In this document: positions 14,001 through 24,600 of the stretch, piece after piece
Position numbering within the stretch: the first letter of the stretch is position 1
How the letters are laid out: every line of letters starts with the position of its first letter
Assembly (NCBI RefSeq): GCF_021869535.1
Contig: NW_026262659.1
Location: forward strand, 5,084,001-5,148,000
DNA from: Mytilus californianus
Taxonomy: Eukaryota
Reading direction: 5' to 3'
Length of the DNA stretch: 64,000 nt
Program-made: the position numbers and the translations under genes
The notes under the pieces: generated by a model
What the model saw: only the letters and a program-made list of their open reading frames with translations
The model's database searches: none
Told to the model about the DNA's origin: nothing

Positions 14001-14986
14001 ATGTGGACATATCACTTAGATAGCAACCCAATGACCCTAACTCCCAATTAAAAAAAGGAAAAAAAAATAGGAATTAAAATTAGAATAAAAAAAATACATC
14101 AAATTACTGTGGACTTATTTGATTTGATGTGTAATTTTTTTTTTGTTAAATTGTCTGTCAGTTTTGTTTCAAGTTGAAGTTATAAAGAAACAGAAATAAA
14201 GGAATGAAAATTAATTCCAAGGAACACAAAATTCTTATTTTTAGAAAGAAAATACAAAGGAATCCAATATGAATATGAACATTACTTAATGAGACTTATT
14301 GAGACAGCAATCCAACAACAAAATTCTAAATTGCCCCAAGTATAACAAGTTCTGATTGATTAACTTTTGTATGGAAACCTCAAAATTAACTTGAATCAAG
14401 ATCAGTTGTGTGGACAAAAGTTTCCCAGACAATTTGACACCCTGTAGTCCAGTGTTTAACAATATATAAGAATGTTGACCTTTATTTTCATTTGTTGTGC
14501 TGTTTACTTGCTGTCATATATAAGTATATCCAACATCTCATTTCATTCATATTAATCAAATGTTTTGGTAAAATACTGAAGACATATACATTGACACTCA
14601 TTCAAGAATGAACAACTTTTGACAAGTTAACTCTGCCGGAGAGGCCCTTTATTTATTTATGAATGAAGAAAATATTCATTTCAATTCAATTTAAAGTTAA
14701 TCTGATACACCAATACATGTACTAGATAAAATATTGACTTATATATATAGGAAACATGCCCTTCACATAAATAAGTTTCTGATCATTTTAAAGATATAAA
14801 CAATTGTTCATAAAATTAAATCAAAAAAATTAAAAATTTAAATTTCTAAATAAAATATTAAAAATTGTAGGACATCTCTACTACAAGTGTATGAATGTAA
14901 GTAATATTAACTGATCAGAACTTATAGTTTATGACAGATTTATATAACTCCTTACCCAGCAGTAGACAATAGATATTCATTTTCAT
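8020..14986 (-). CDS. Secreted cysteine-rich protein: signal peptide + galaxin-like dicysteine (CCG) repeats + C-terminal NTR/netrin(C345C)-like module; complete, 8 coding exons, 590 aa
   Basis: Manually spliced exons, all GT-AG and phase-consistent: 14986-14956 (MKMNIYCLLL), 13316-13179 (VLTLVIVEAERC..LCCDSG..DCCS), 12450-12295 (KRFIVDTEICCKK..SCCGAIPYQKSQKVCCNN), 11658-11287, 10687-10526, 9822-9420, 8909-8758 (CHQNSIEY..ICSYCYL..LCKQF), 8378-8020 (VLKIANIN..VPCTCQLNTRPIILL..LIIPWSKRASNYLQKKATQC). The total is 1773 nt = 591 codons. Repeated CC-G-x(n)-Y-x(n)-CC units are the galaxin/usherin-type repeat. The NTR call rests on motif resemblance only. Confidence 0.85.
10960..11170 (+). mobile_element. 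Probable tRNA-derived SINE remnant
   Basis: B-box-like gttgtgagttagaaccc followed by ttcctccaccaataaaa..ggccgccac..gttaaacac, which resembles a common mollusc SINE as I recall it. Confidence 0.45.
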
Positions 14987-16199
14987 GATGATCGTGTTGA
15001 TCTACTAGATTAACTGTTTTCCTTAGAACATAGAAGTTGAAAATATTAATTTTATTTCGATTATACCTATTATTTAAAATGAATCTGAAAATCCACAAAA
15101 ATTTTCTCTGGGTTTACAGTGTTTATAAAAAATTTATGGTCAAAAACTGAATTTAAAAAATTGGGCAATTACAGTGAGAACTAAATATAGGATCATTTTT
15201 TTCCATCTTAAAAAAGTTATCCCTTTGTTTTACATTGACTACAATAGTTATACATTATAAATCTGAATATTGTTTATAGCTATAAAAAGTACTGATATAA
15301 AATTATATTCGTGACCCTGGATACCCAGGTATATTTTTACATACTATACATTTCAAATAACCTATTAATGTTTATGAAAATTTAAAAAACGGGTGTATTT
15401 TGAATGAAACAAACGTAATTTCAATGAAAACTACAATCTTGTATTGATCATATTGAATTGTACCATATAAGGTAATTATAATAAGTCAGGCTTTTTTTTT
15501 GGTTATTTTCGAAAAAGAATTATCTGAGGTAACAGGATAAGATAAAAGAGTATGAATGTCCTGTTATATCATGTTAGACTTATACAATGTATAAAAACAG
15601 TATTAATTACTTACTTTACAAGGGTAAAGAACTAGCCATACCTTGAATGTACCACTATTTTAGTGTTATTTCACAGCGGTATAACATGTTACTTTTATTA
15701 TTCTTCCCTTAGTTTATTTATTTTGTATTTACATTTTATCATAGATCAAATTTATTTGTTCAGTGTATGTTCACTGGTGTTAATATGTCTTTTGATTGAG
15801 TTAAGCCATTTCAATTGATATTTTATAGTTTTTCGTTCTATGTTGTGATGTTACACTATTGTTTCAGATAAGGGTGAAGGTTTGGTACCATTAAAACGTT
15901 TACACCCGCTGCAATTGTTTGCAAGTCAGGAATCTGATGTTCAGTAGTTGTAGTTTGCTGATGTGGTTCATAAGTGTTTCTCGATTCTTGTTTTTTATAT
16001 AGATTAGACCGTTGGTTTTCCCGTTTGAATGGTTTTACACTAGTAATTTTTGGGGCCCTTTATAGCTTGCTGTTCGGGTGTGAGCCAAGGCTCCATGTTG
16101 AAGACCTTACTTTGACCTATAATGGTTTACTTTTATAAATTTTGACTTGGATGGAGAGTTGTCTCATTGGCACTCATACCACATCTTCTTATATCTATA

Positions 16200-16418
16200 T
16201 ACTGTAAACCAACTTATTTTCGCGAGCGATTTATTTTCGCGACTTTCACGAGTGGAAAAATAACGCGAATATAAATCATCGCGAATATGCAAACTTAGAT
16301 CTTTCCTTATATTTAACTTCATAAAGTAAATAAGAAAGTCGCGAAATTAAATCGCCGCGAAGTGGACTAGAAAGGACTAGAAAATAAAATATCTGCGAAA
16401 ATTAGTTGGTTTACAGTA
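16200..16418. mobile_element. MITE with TACTGTAAA termini
   Basis: tactgtaaaccaacttattttcgc ... gcgaaaattagttggtttacagta; internal cgcga repeats; TA ends. Confidence 0.8.
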
Positions 16419-17408
16419 AGGTGATTCGTGTTGGCCAGGTAAAGTATAAAAATGTCAGATGGATAGTTGGGGAGAAGTGGGTACCCAATTCCCCTATTTT
16501 GTATAATCGAGAGCTCCTACAGTTTTCAACCCATTTCCCTGAAATTTCTCAGGAAGATTTAACACAAATTGAAGATGTGCACCTGCTATAATAGATTTTT
16601 TTTTGGGGGGGGGGGGATTTTTCCTATTTTCAGACTTTTGTTTATAACCTCATTTTGTTAGCAAAAAAAAAATGTCAGTACCATTTTCATCAGTTTCATC
16701 CCAGTTTTCAACCCAGATTTTTGAAATGTTCTGGACACATTGTACAAATATGAAGTTGTGAACATGCTTCTATAGAATTTATTAAGCAATTGTTCCCATT
16801 TGGTAAAGCCAAATTTTCTTAAGGACTGCCAATTGTGAGTAATCCTGCTACGGTTTTCAACCCAGATCCTTGATACTTCACAATACATTTGCTCACCTAC
16901 TGAAGTTGTGTACTTCTGATTTTAAATTTTATAAATTTTTACATATTTTTTTTTTTGTATTATAGACAATTCATTCACCAATGTTTAAGAAATATCATGA
17001 GCAACCCTCGGGTCATTTATACCTTTGATCTTTTCACCTTTTTTTTGCCAAAAAGGGTTCTAAATGTTAAAGGTCATCCTTTTATTGAGGCATAGTCAGG
17101 CCATGCATTAGGAAGACAGTTTTTATTGATCAAGTAAATATTTATTGTAAGAACTAGATAGAAAATTGTGTTAACAGATGTTTTCTTATGAATCTTTGCT
17201 GTGTCATACTAAATTGACATAAATAAAGGAAAAGTGTCCTTCAAATTAATACATGTTTCAAGTTTCGAATGTGTCATTTAGGTATTAAATTTCATCCTTA
17301 AAAATAAAAGATAAACAAAATAATTCATGTGGAACATGTTTGATAAGAACCTATAAAGAGGAAATCAATTTAAACTGATGTTTTATATAGGATTTACTAT
17401 TTCCTTAC

Positions 17409-17433
17409 CCAGCAGTGTTACAATGATCTTCAT
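17409..17433 (-). other. Second, paralogous first coding exon of the galaxin-like gene (MKIIVTLL + phase-1 donor)
   Basis: Minus strand reads ATG AAG ATC ATT GTA ACA CTG CTG G|gtaagga, versus ATG AAA ATG AAT ATC TAT TGT CTA CTG CTG G|gtaagga at 14986-14956. Both have the same phase and splice in frame to exon 13316-13179. Confidence 0.6.
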
Positions 17434-17955
17434 TTGTGTTAATATGTGGTTAATATTATTTGTCACTGACCATAGACAATTTTATTCATTTATATTAGGA
17501 TATTCCTATTTTTTATGACAGAAATTCCTTTGGATAATGTCCAGAAGAAATCACCTGTCTACTACTGTGTTAATGATAAGTTCAATTTGATGAACCAATA
17601 ATTGGAGCAGAGAACTAATTGTATATTTTTAAATAACAATGTTCTTCCTAATCATCAATGATTAGATTATAATTAAACAAGATGGGTTATTTATATGGTA
17701 AAGTTTTTTTTGTAAAAAAAAAAAAAAAAAAAAAAAAGATTTTTTTTCCATCTTGTTTAAATTGTAATATTGATTTTAAAAGTGTTAAAAGTGTATGCAC
17801 CATCAACCACCAGATAAGCTTAGTATATAGACCAAGGATAATTATAAAACTTTTTTACACCCCAAAAGATCAAAGATAAACACAAAAAAAAACATGTGGG
17901 ACATGTCTGATAAGATGGATATACTATAATTAAATTAGTTGTTAGTTTTAATAAT

Positions 17956-20697
17956 TTTTATACGACAGCAAAAAATTTTTGCGGTCGTATATTGGTATGA
18001 CATTGTCGTCGTCGTCCGAAAACACATTGGTTTTCGCACATTAACTTTAGTTTAAGTGAATGTATCTCTATAAAATTTTACCATAAGTTTCAATACCACA
18101 AAAGGAAGGTTGGGGTTGATTTTGGGGGTTATGGTACCAACAGTTAAGGAATTAGGGGCCAAAAAGGGGTCAAAAATAAGCATTTTTGTAACTTCCAGAC
18201 AATAACTTATGTGTTAGTGTGTGGATCCCACAAGGTTCCATATCACAAAGGGAATGCTGGGATTGATTTTGGGGGTAATTGCCTCAAAATTTTAGGAATT
18301 AGGGGCAAAAAGGGGCCAAAAAACAAGCATTTTTCAAGTTTCAGGACAATAACTTGTGTATAAGTGTATGGATCTTTCTGAAATTGTACTACAAAGTTCC
18401 ATATCACAAAGGGAAAGCTGGGTTTGAGTTTGGGGGTAATTGCCTTAAACGTTTAGGAATTTGGGGCCAAAAAGGGGCCAAAAAACAAGCATTTTTCTAG
18501 TTTCCAGAAAATAACTTGTGTTCAAGTGTATGTATCTCTCTGAAATTGTACTGCAAGGTACCATACCACAAAGGGAAGGCTGGGATTGAGTTTGGGGGTG
18601 ATGAATTATAAGGGGGTTTAAAAAATTGGGGGGGGATTTTTTTTCCCTTTTTTTCCTTTTTTTTTTCTTTAAAATTTTCCATTTTAAGTTGGTTATTTCT
18701 GGTTTATGTATAAAAGCAAATAATAATGATATGGTTTGATTTCATCAAAAATTGAAATATTGGGGTTCTTTAATATGCTGAATCTAACAGTGTATTTAGA
18801 ATCTTAATTTTTGGTCCCGTTTTCAAATTGGTCTACATTAAGGTCCAAAGGGTCCAAAATTTATGATGTATTTAAATGGGCTTTTATGGTTAAAAAAAAA
18901 GCATTTTTCTAGTTTCCAGACAGTAACTTGTGATTAAGTGTATTGATCTCTCTAAAATTGTACTACAAGGTTCCATACTTCAAAGGAAAGACTGCAATTG
19001 AGTTTGATGGTTAATGCTAAAAGGGGGATTCAAAAATTTTTGGGGGAAGGGGGGTTTCCAATTTTTTTATACGACCGCAAAAAAATTTTTGTGATCGTAT
19101 ATTGGTATGACGTTGGCGTCGTCGTCATCGTCGTCCGGCGTCGTCCGAAGACACATTGGTTTTCGCACTCTAACTTTAGTTTAAGTGAATGGATCTCTAT
19201 GAAATTTTACCACAAGGTTTAATACCATAAAAGGAAGGTTGGGATTGATTTGGGGGGTTATGGTACCAACAGTAAAGGAATTAGGGGCCAAAAAGGGGCC
19301 AAAAATAAGCATTTTTGTAACTTCCAGACATAACTTGTGTGCTAGTGTATGGATCTCTCTGACATTGTACCACAAGGTTCCATATCACAAAAGGAATGCT
19401 GGGATTGATTTTGGGGGTAATTGCCTCAAAATTTTAGGAATTAGGGGCCAAAAAAGGGGCAAAAAACAAGCATTTTTCTAGTTTCAGGACAATAACTTGT
19501 GTGAAAGTGTATGGATCTTTCTGAAATTGTACTACAAGGTTCCATATCACAAATGGAAAGCTGGGTTTGAGTTTGGGGGTAATTGCTTATTTCTTGACCA
19601 ATTTCAATGGGGTTTTATTCTTGAATTCTTGGGGTTCTTTAATATGCTGAATCTAACAGTGTATTTAGTTTTTGGATTTTGGGCCTCGTTTTTAAATTGG
19701 TCCACATTGAGGTCCAAAGGGTCCAAAATTAAACTTTGTTTGATTTCATCAAAAATTGAATTATTGGGGTTCTTTGATATGCCGAATCTAAACGTGTATT
19801 TAGATTCTTAATTTTTGGTTCTGTTTTCAAATTGGTCTACATTAAGGTCCAAAGGGTCCAAAATTAAACTTAGTTTGATTTTAACAAAAATTGAATTCTT
19901 AGGGTTCTTTGATATGCTGAATCTAAACATGTATTTAGATTTTTGATTATGGGCCCAGTTTTCAAGTTTGTCCAAATCGGGATCCAAAATTTAACTTTGT
20001 TTGATTTCAACAAAAATTGAATATATGGGGTTCTTTGATATGCTGAATCTAACCATGTATTTAGATTTTTTGATTTTTGGGCCCCGTTATCAACTTTGTC
20101 CACATTGAGGTCAAAAGGGTCCAAAATTAAACTTTGTTTGATTTCATCAAAAGTTGAATTCTTGGGGTTCTTTGATATGCTGAATCTAACCATGTATTTA
20201 GATTTTGGATATTGGACCATAATAGGTGGATGTCCAATTTAAAATTTTTAAGTTCTTAGACCACATTCATTCTGTGTCAGAAACTTATGCTGTGTCAAAT
20301 ATTTAATCACAATCCAAATGCAAAGCTGTATCAAGCTTGAATGTTGTGTCCATACTTGCCCCAACTGTTCAGGGTTCGACCTCTGCGGTCGTATCAAGCT
20401 GCGCCCTGCGGAGCATTTTATTTTAAAAGGGTTCATTTATTTTCTTCAAAATTTTCAAAATTTAAAATTTTTGAAAAGTTTCAGGAAGAAATCTTCAATT
20501 GCACAGTATTGAACATTAGATTTGTAAGATCTTTACCACATTTATTTAGTGTCAGAAACCTATATTATGTCAAAAATTTGATCACAATCCAAATTCAGAT
20601 AGTATCAAGCTTGAATATTGTGTCCAAATTTGCCCCAACTGTTCAGGGTTCAACCACTGCAGTCGTATCAGGCTGCGCTCAGCAAAGCATTTTATTA
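17956..20697 (+). mobile_element. Cluster of HINE-like copies of the same family (17956-about 18880, 19065-20420, extra 3' end about 20470-20697)
   Basis: Features are a 5' subterminal IR (atacgac(a/c)gc..gcggtcgtat at 17960-17990; atacgaccgc at 19069), a (gtc)n microsatellite, 161-bp and about 125-135-bp internal tandem repeats, and a 3' gcggtcgtat followed by a GC-rich hairpin-like motif and a T-run. This is the DINE-1/HINE architecture. Confidence 0.8.
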
Positions 20698-20958
20698 GAT
20701 TTGCTCTGAAACCATTTCTTTGAAATTTTACTTTTCCCACTAAGCATTAAATCTTTGTCGAAGCTTTATTTTTTGAAAGAGTATGGTTTACTATTTCTGT
20801 TTGTCAATATTTTATAAATCTGTTGAACAGTCTTAGTTAAAATACTACTAGACATGAAATGTTCCTTTTTGTCTAAACTTTATATGTTCACTGAAACATG
20901 ACTTTTTTAGCAACTTTACAGTTGGACAAAATATTATTCTTTTCCTCTATATGTTAAT

Positions 20959-21147
20959 GAGGGGCCTGATGGGGGGTCTCATCACGATTCACGAGTTGAT
21001 TTTTTTGTCAATCACGATTCACAGAAAATAAATTTCTATGATCACGGATCACGAAAATATAAAAAAAAAAAAAATCTGTAGAAAAACGGATCACGATAGC
21101 GAAAATGCGCCGATCACGAAGAACGAAAATAACCCATCAGGCCCCTC
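20959..21147. mobile_element. MITE with 15-bp TIR and 6-bp target-site duplication
   Basis: gttaat|GAGGGGCCTGATGGG ... CCCATCAGGCCCCTC|gttaat; internal atcacga repeats. Confidence 0.8.
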
Positions 21148-21627
21148 GTTAATGAGTTGACATAAAATTTAAAGTTGATATACCACTGGACACAAGTGTT
21201 CTTGATTGTCAATACTTTGATATATCCACTGAATGTCAGCACCCTGATTGAATGGTAGACTTTTTAAAATGTGATGTTACTAAAAATTGTAAGTCATCAT
21301 TTTACAAGATCTTACAACAAAACAAGAGAAATGAATGTTTTATTCCATTGACTTTAATTTTTAATTTTTTTACTTCTTGAACAAAGATTATTAATGTACA
21401 TAAAATTTTTCATATCCACTTGCTTTTATAACTTTATATAAACATGACATGTTTAAAACGCTATGTACATTAACCCTGTGTAACACGATGTTCAGAGGGG
21501 AATATGATATTCAGAGGTGAATATGAAGTTTTGTTCAATGTCATGTGGGAAACTCTCAACCAATCAAATGTTGATTATGCTATCAATATTAACATATAGT
21601 GGAATAAAATAAAATATTTAATTTCAG

Positions 21628-24600
21628 ATGACAGTGTTCCTTCGTCAGTAGCTTCAGCAGACACAGAAGTAAAGCCAGGTATTGGTGAAACCATAACAAT
21701 AACAAAAACACCCATTCAAAAAGGCACAATAACAATATCATCCACAGAGAAAAGGGAAAATATAGCCAGACCTGGTAGGTGTCTAATGCTATGTATTTAA
21801 TGGACAGTGTCAAAATAATTGGGTGGTTCCTATAAACAGGACTGTACCTTTCCTGAAGGGCTTATCAATTTGTGAAAAAAAACAGGCTCTGATTTTTATG
21901 CAATGCTTGTAATAGTAGGGAGGCATTTTGTTTTCCAGTCTGTGCATTCATTCAAAGTTTATTTATCGTGTATCAGATTAAGTATTAAAGTTATGGTAGA
22001 AGATCGTTTACCATGAATCAACTTCTTCGAAATATAGCTCTATTAGAAGTAAAAAATGTATAGAAAGTAATCAGTTTGTCTGTATTTCAGCACTACCTTC
22101 TTTGTATAGTTTGCTTCAAACTTTTTGGGGATTGTTTTTAGTACTCCCTTTGTCATTAATACACCATGGTTTGTTCATGAAGGTTGTTCCATGATTAAAT
22201 TTTGATATGAACACTATTAGGTCCTAATATGTTGACTTGTATTTGGGGACGATGTTTAAGTCCATTTGTGGTCCTGCTTGCACTTAAGGGGGTACCCAAT
22301 ACTTTGACTAAAATAGATTTGGCTTGTTTAATTTTCATAAAATAAAAATATTTACTGTGAACTGTTGACAAAAATATAAAAATTTCAAGAAATTTGAACT
22401 GCACAATTTACAGGAATAATTTTATTGGATATATATCAGTTCTACAAACACTAATTTTGATCATTGAAAAGCATGATTTCTCTTTACTAATAGTATGTGA
22501 TCAGAACATTCAGCTGAATTTCAAAGAATGAACTCCCTTAGGTGTTCTGTACCCCCTTAAGAAGTAGGACCTGTACAGCACTTACTATGTCCTCAAAACT
22601 GATCATAATAATGATATTTACAGGGACTTGATACATTGTTAAAGTTTTGATCCTCGTATAGAAATGGGCAAAATGTACAGTACATTATTGTTGTATTAAA
22701 AATCACAAAATACAAGTACTGATAAACTCTTTGTAAAAATGATTTTGTTAAAAACATTTGTGTAGAAATAAGATGAGTGATAAATGAAAAGTTCAAAACA
22801 TTTTCAGAATTAGAATAGATGTTGAGTTAATTTATCAAAATGATCAAATGACACATTTTTTTATTACACTGACCAAAAAATGAAATGATAAGCTAAAAAT
22901 CTCAAGTTTATCATGTAGCTTTATTCAGTAGAGTGCTTGCTTTTTTTATTATCACCATTCTTTTATTTGGTGTTGTATTTATGCACTTTTCTTATGTTTA
23001 GAAATAGAAATTCCATGTAAGCCATCTGAATCACCTGATCATGAAGTTGACCAATCAAAATCAGAACCCACAATAACATCATCACCTGACCAGAAATCTA
23101 CACAATCTGAAGTATCCACAGAAAAGGAACCAGAAAAATCCAGTTCTGATGGACAATTATCTAAGCCTCCAGTGGCAACTAAATCAGTATTAAATAAGCC
23201 TCCCTTGCCGTCCAAGCCAAAACCTGCTGATAAACCATTGGTATTACCAAAACCAACAATATTAAACAAACCTGAATCTCCATTAGTATTTGGTTAGTAA
23301 TAATTGTGTACCTTTAACTTAATATTTTATTTTATTACCAACCCTACCATTGTTTTAATAATCAGAGACCCTTAACACTTGAGCTAAGATTTATAGTTAA
23401 AAGAAAGGTAATAGAAATATGATGAAAGACAATCAACAGTCCATAAAAGATAACAAAAACTATTATTTGAGGAGCATGAACCAAAGTAAAAACTTTGCTC
23501 TAGAAGGGTAAAATATTTAAAATTGAAAGAGAAAACAGATAGGCATAAGACTTAATTAAGAGGTCTCCATATGTACTATGCATGTTTAAAACTAAACTTC
23601 TGTTTATTCAGTATTTATTTTGTCACTGGTAATTATTTGATGTTGTGTTTTAGTTATACCATTATGTATTTGAAGTATGAAGAATGAGTTTAATTTATTT
23701 GCATTTGCTTGTGAAATTTTCTTCTTTTCTTTGCACCAAAAATGTTTGCTTTAATATTTTCTTGAAATGCTGTGGATTAATTTTTTTTAATTTTATTTAT
23801 GTGTTTGATAAATTTTGTATGCAAGACTATGAAAATTTGTATTTTGTTGAAAAACTTAATTTGTTGATCTATGCACATGAAATCCACAAAAATAAGTGTC
23901 CCACATCAAAATTAATCCCCTATAACTATATATTTCCTTTATAATTTAGTATTACATATTTACAGCTAAGCAAGGTGATGTACCACAAGCTAAGAATGTA
24001 GTGGGTGAAGGATCATTGTTCAGTAAAGTAGAACTAGAAAATACAGACCAGATCAAAACAGAGGTTGTCAAAGATAATTTAGTCCTTGAGGAAGTTCAAG
24101 ATGATGTACCAAAAGATAAAGTTCAAGATGATGTACCAAAAGATAAAGTTCAAGAAGATGTATCAAAAGACAAAGTTCTAGAAGATATCCCAAAAGATAA
24201 AGAGTAAGTAACAATTTGATTATTTTGCTAAGATATTCATGTGAGAGTTCTATAATTTAGTCAGAATTTAGTTAACATTTGAAGGAATCTCTTGAAAATG
24301 TATAAAGTTAAGCAATATAGAAATATTGAGTTGGGCTAAGTTTGATATAAATGTTGTTTCTTTATAACAGTGGTAAACCAAAGACAGGACTAGCTGTGGC
24401 ATTAACTACTGGTCATTTTGATATCAGGAATACAGGGGTAAGTAATTCATTATTGTAGGTGAATATATATAGTAGTGTAGTCAATACATATAAAAAGCTT
24501 CATAATACAAAACTGTAAATTCACAAATTTTTGACACTTTTTTATCATTGCGAAAATTGAAATGGGTATGGTTTCACAAAAATACAAAAAAAAACTGGCA

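Noticed and set aside
17522-17600. Possible plus-strand NEK1 exon (acceptor then EIPLDNVQKKSPV)
   Set aside because: No convincing donor before an in-frame stop and no recognisable homology.
23039-23269. Minus-strand 76-aa ORF
   Set aside because: Antisense shadow of NEK1 exon 23002-23292.
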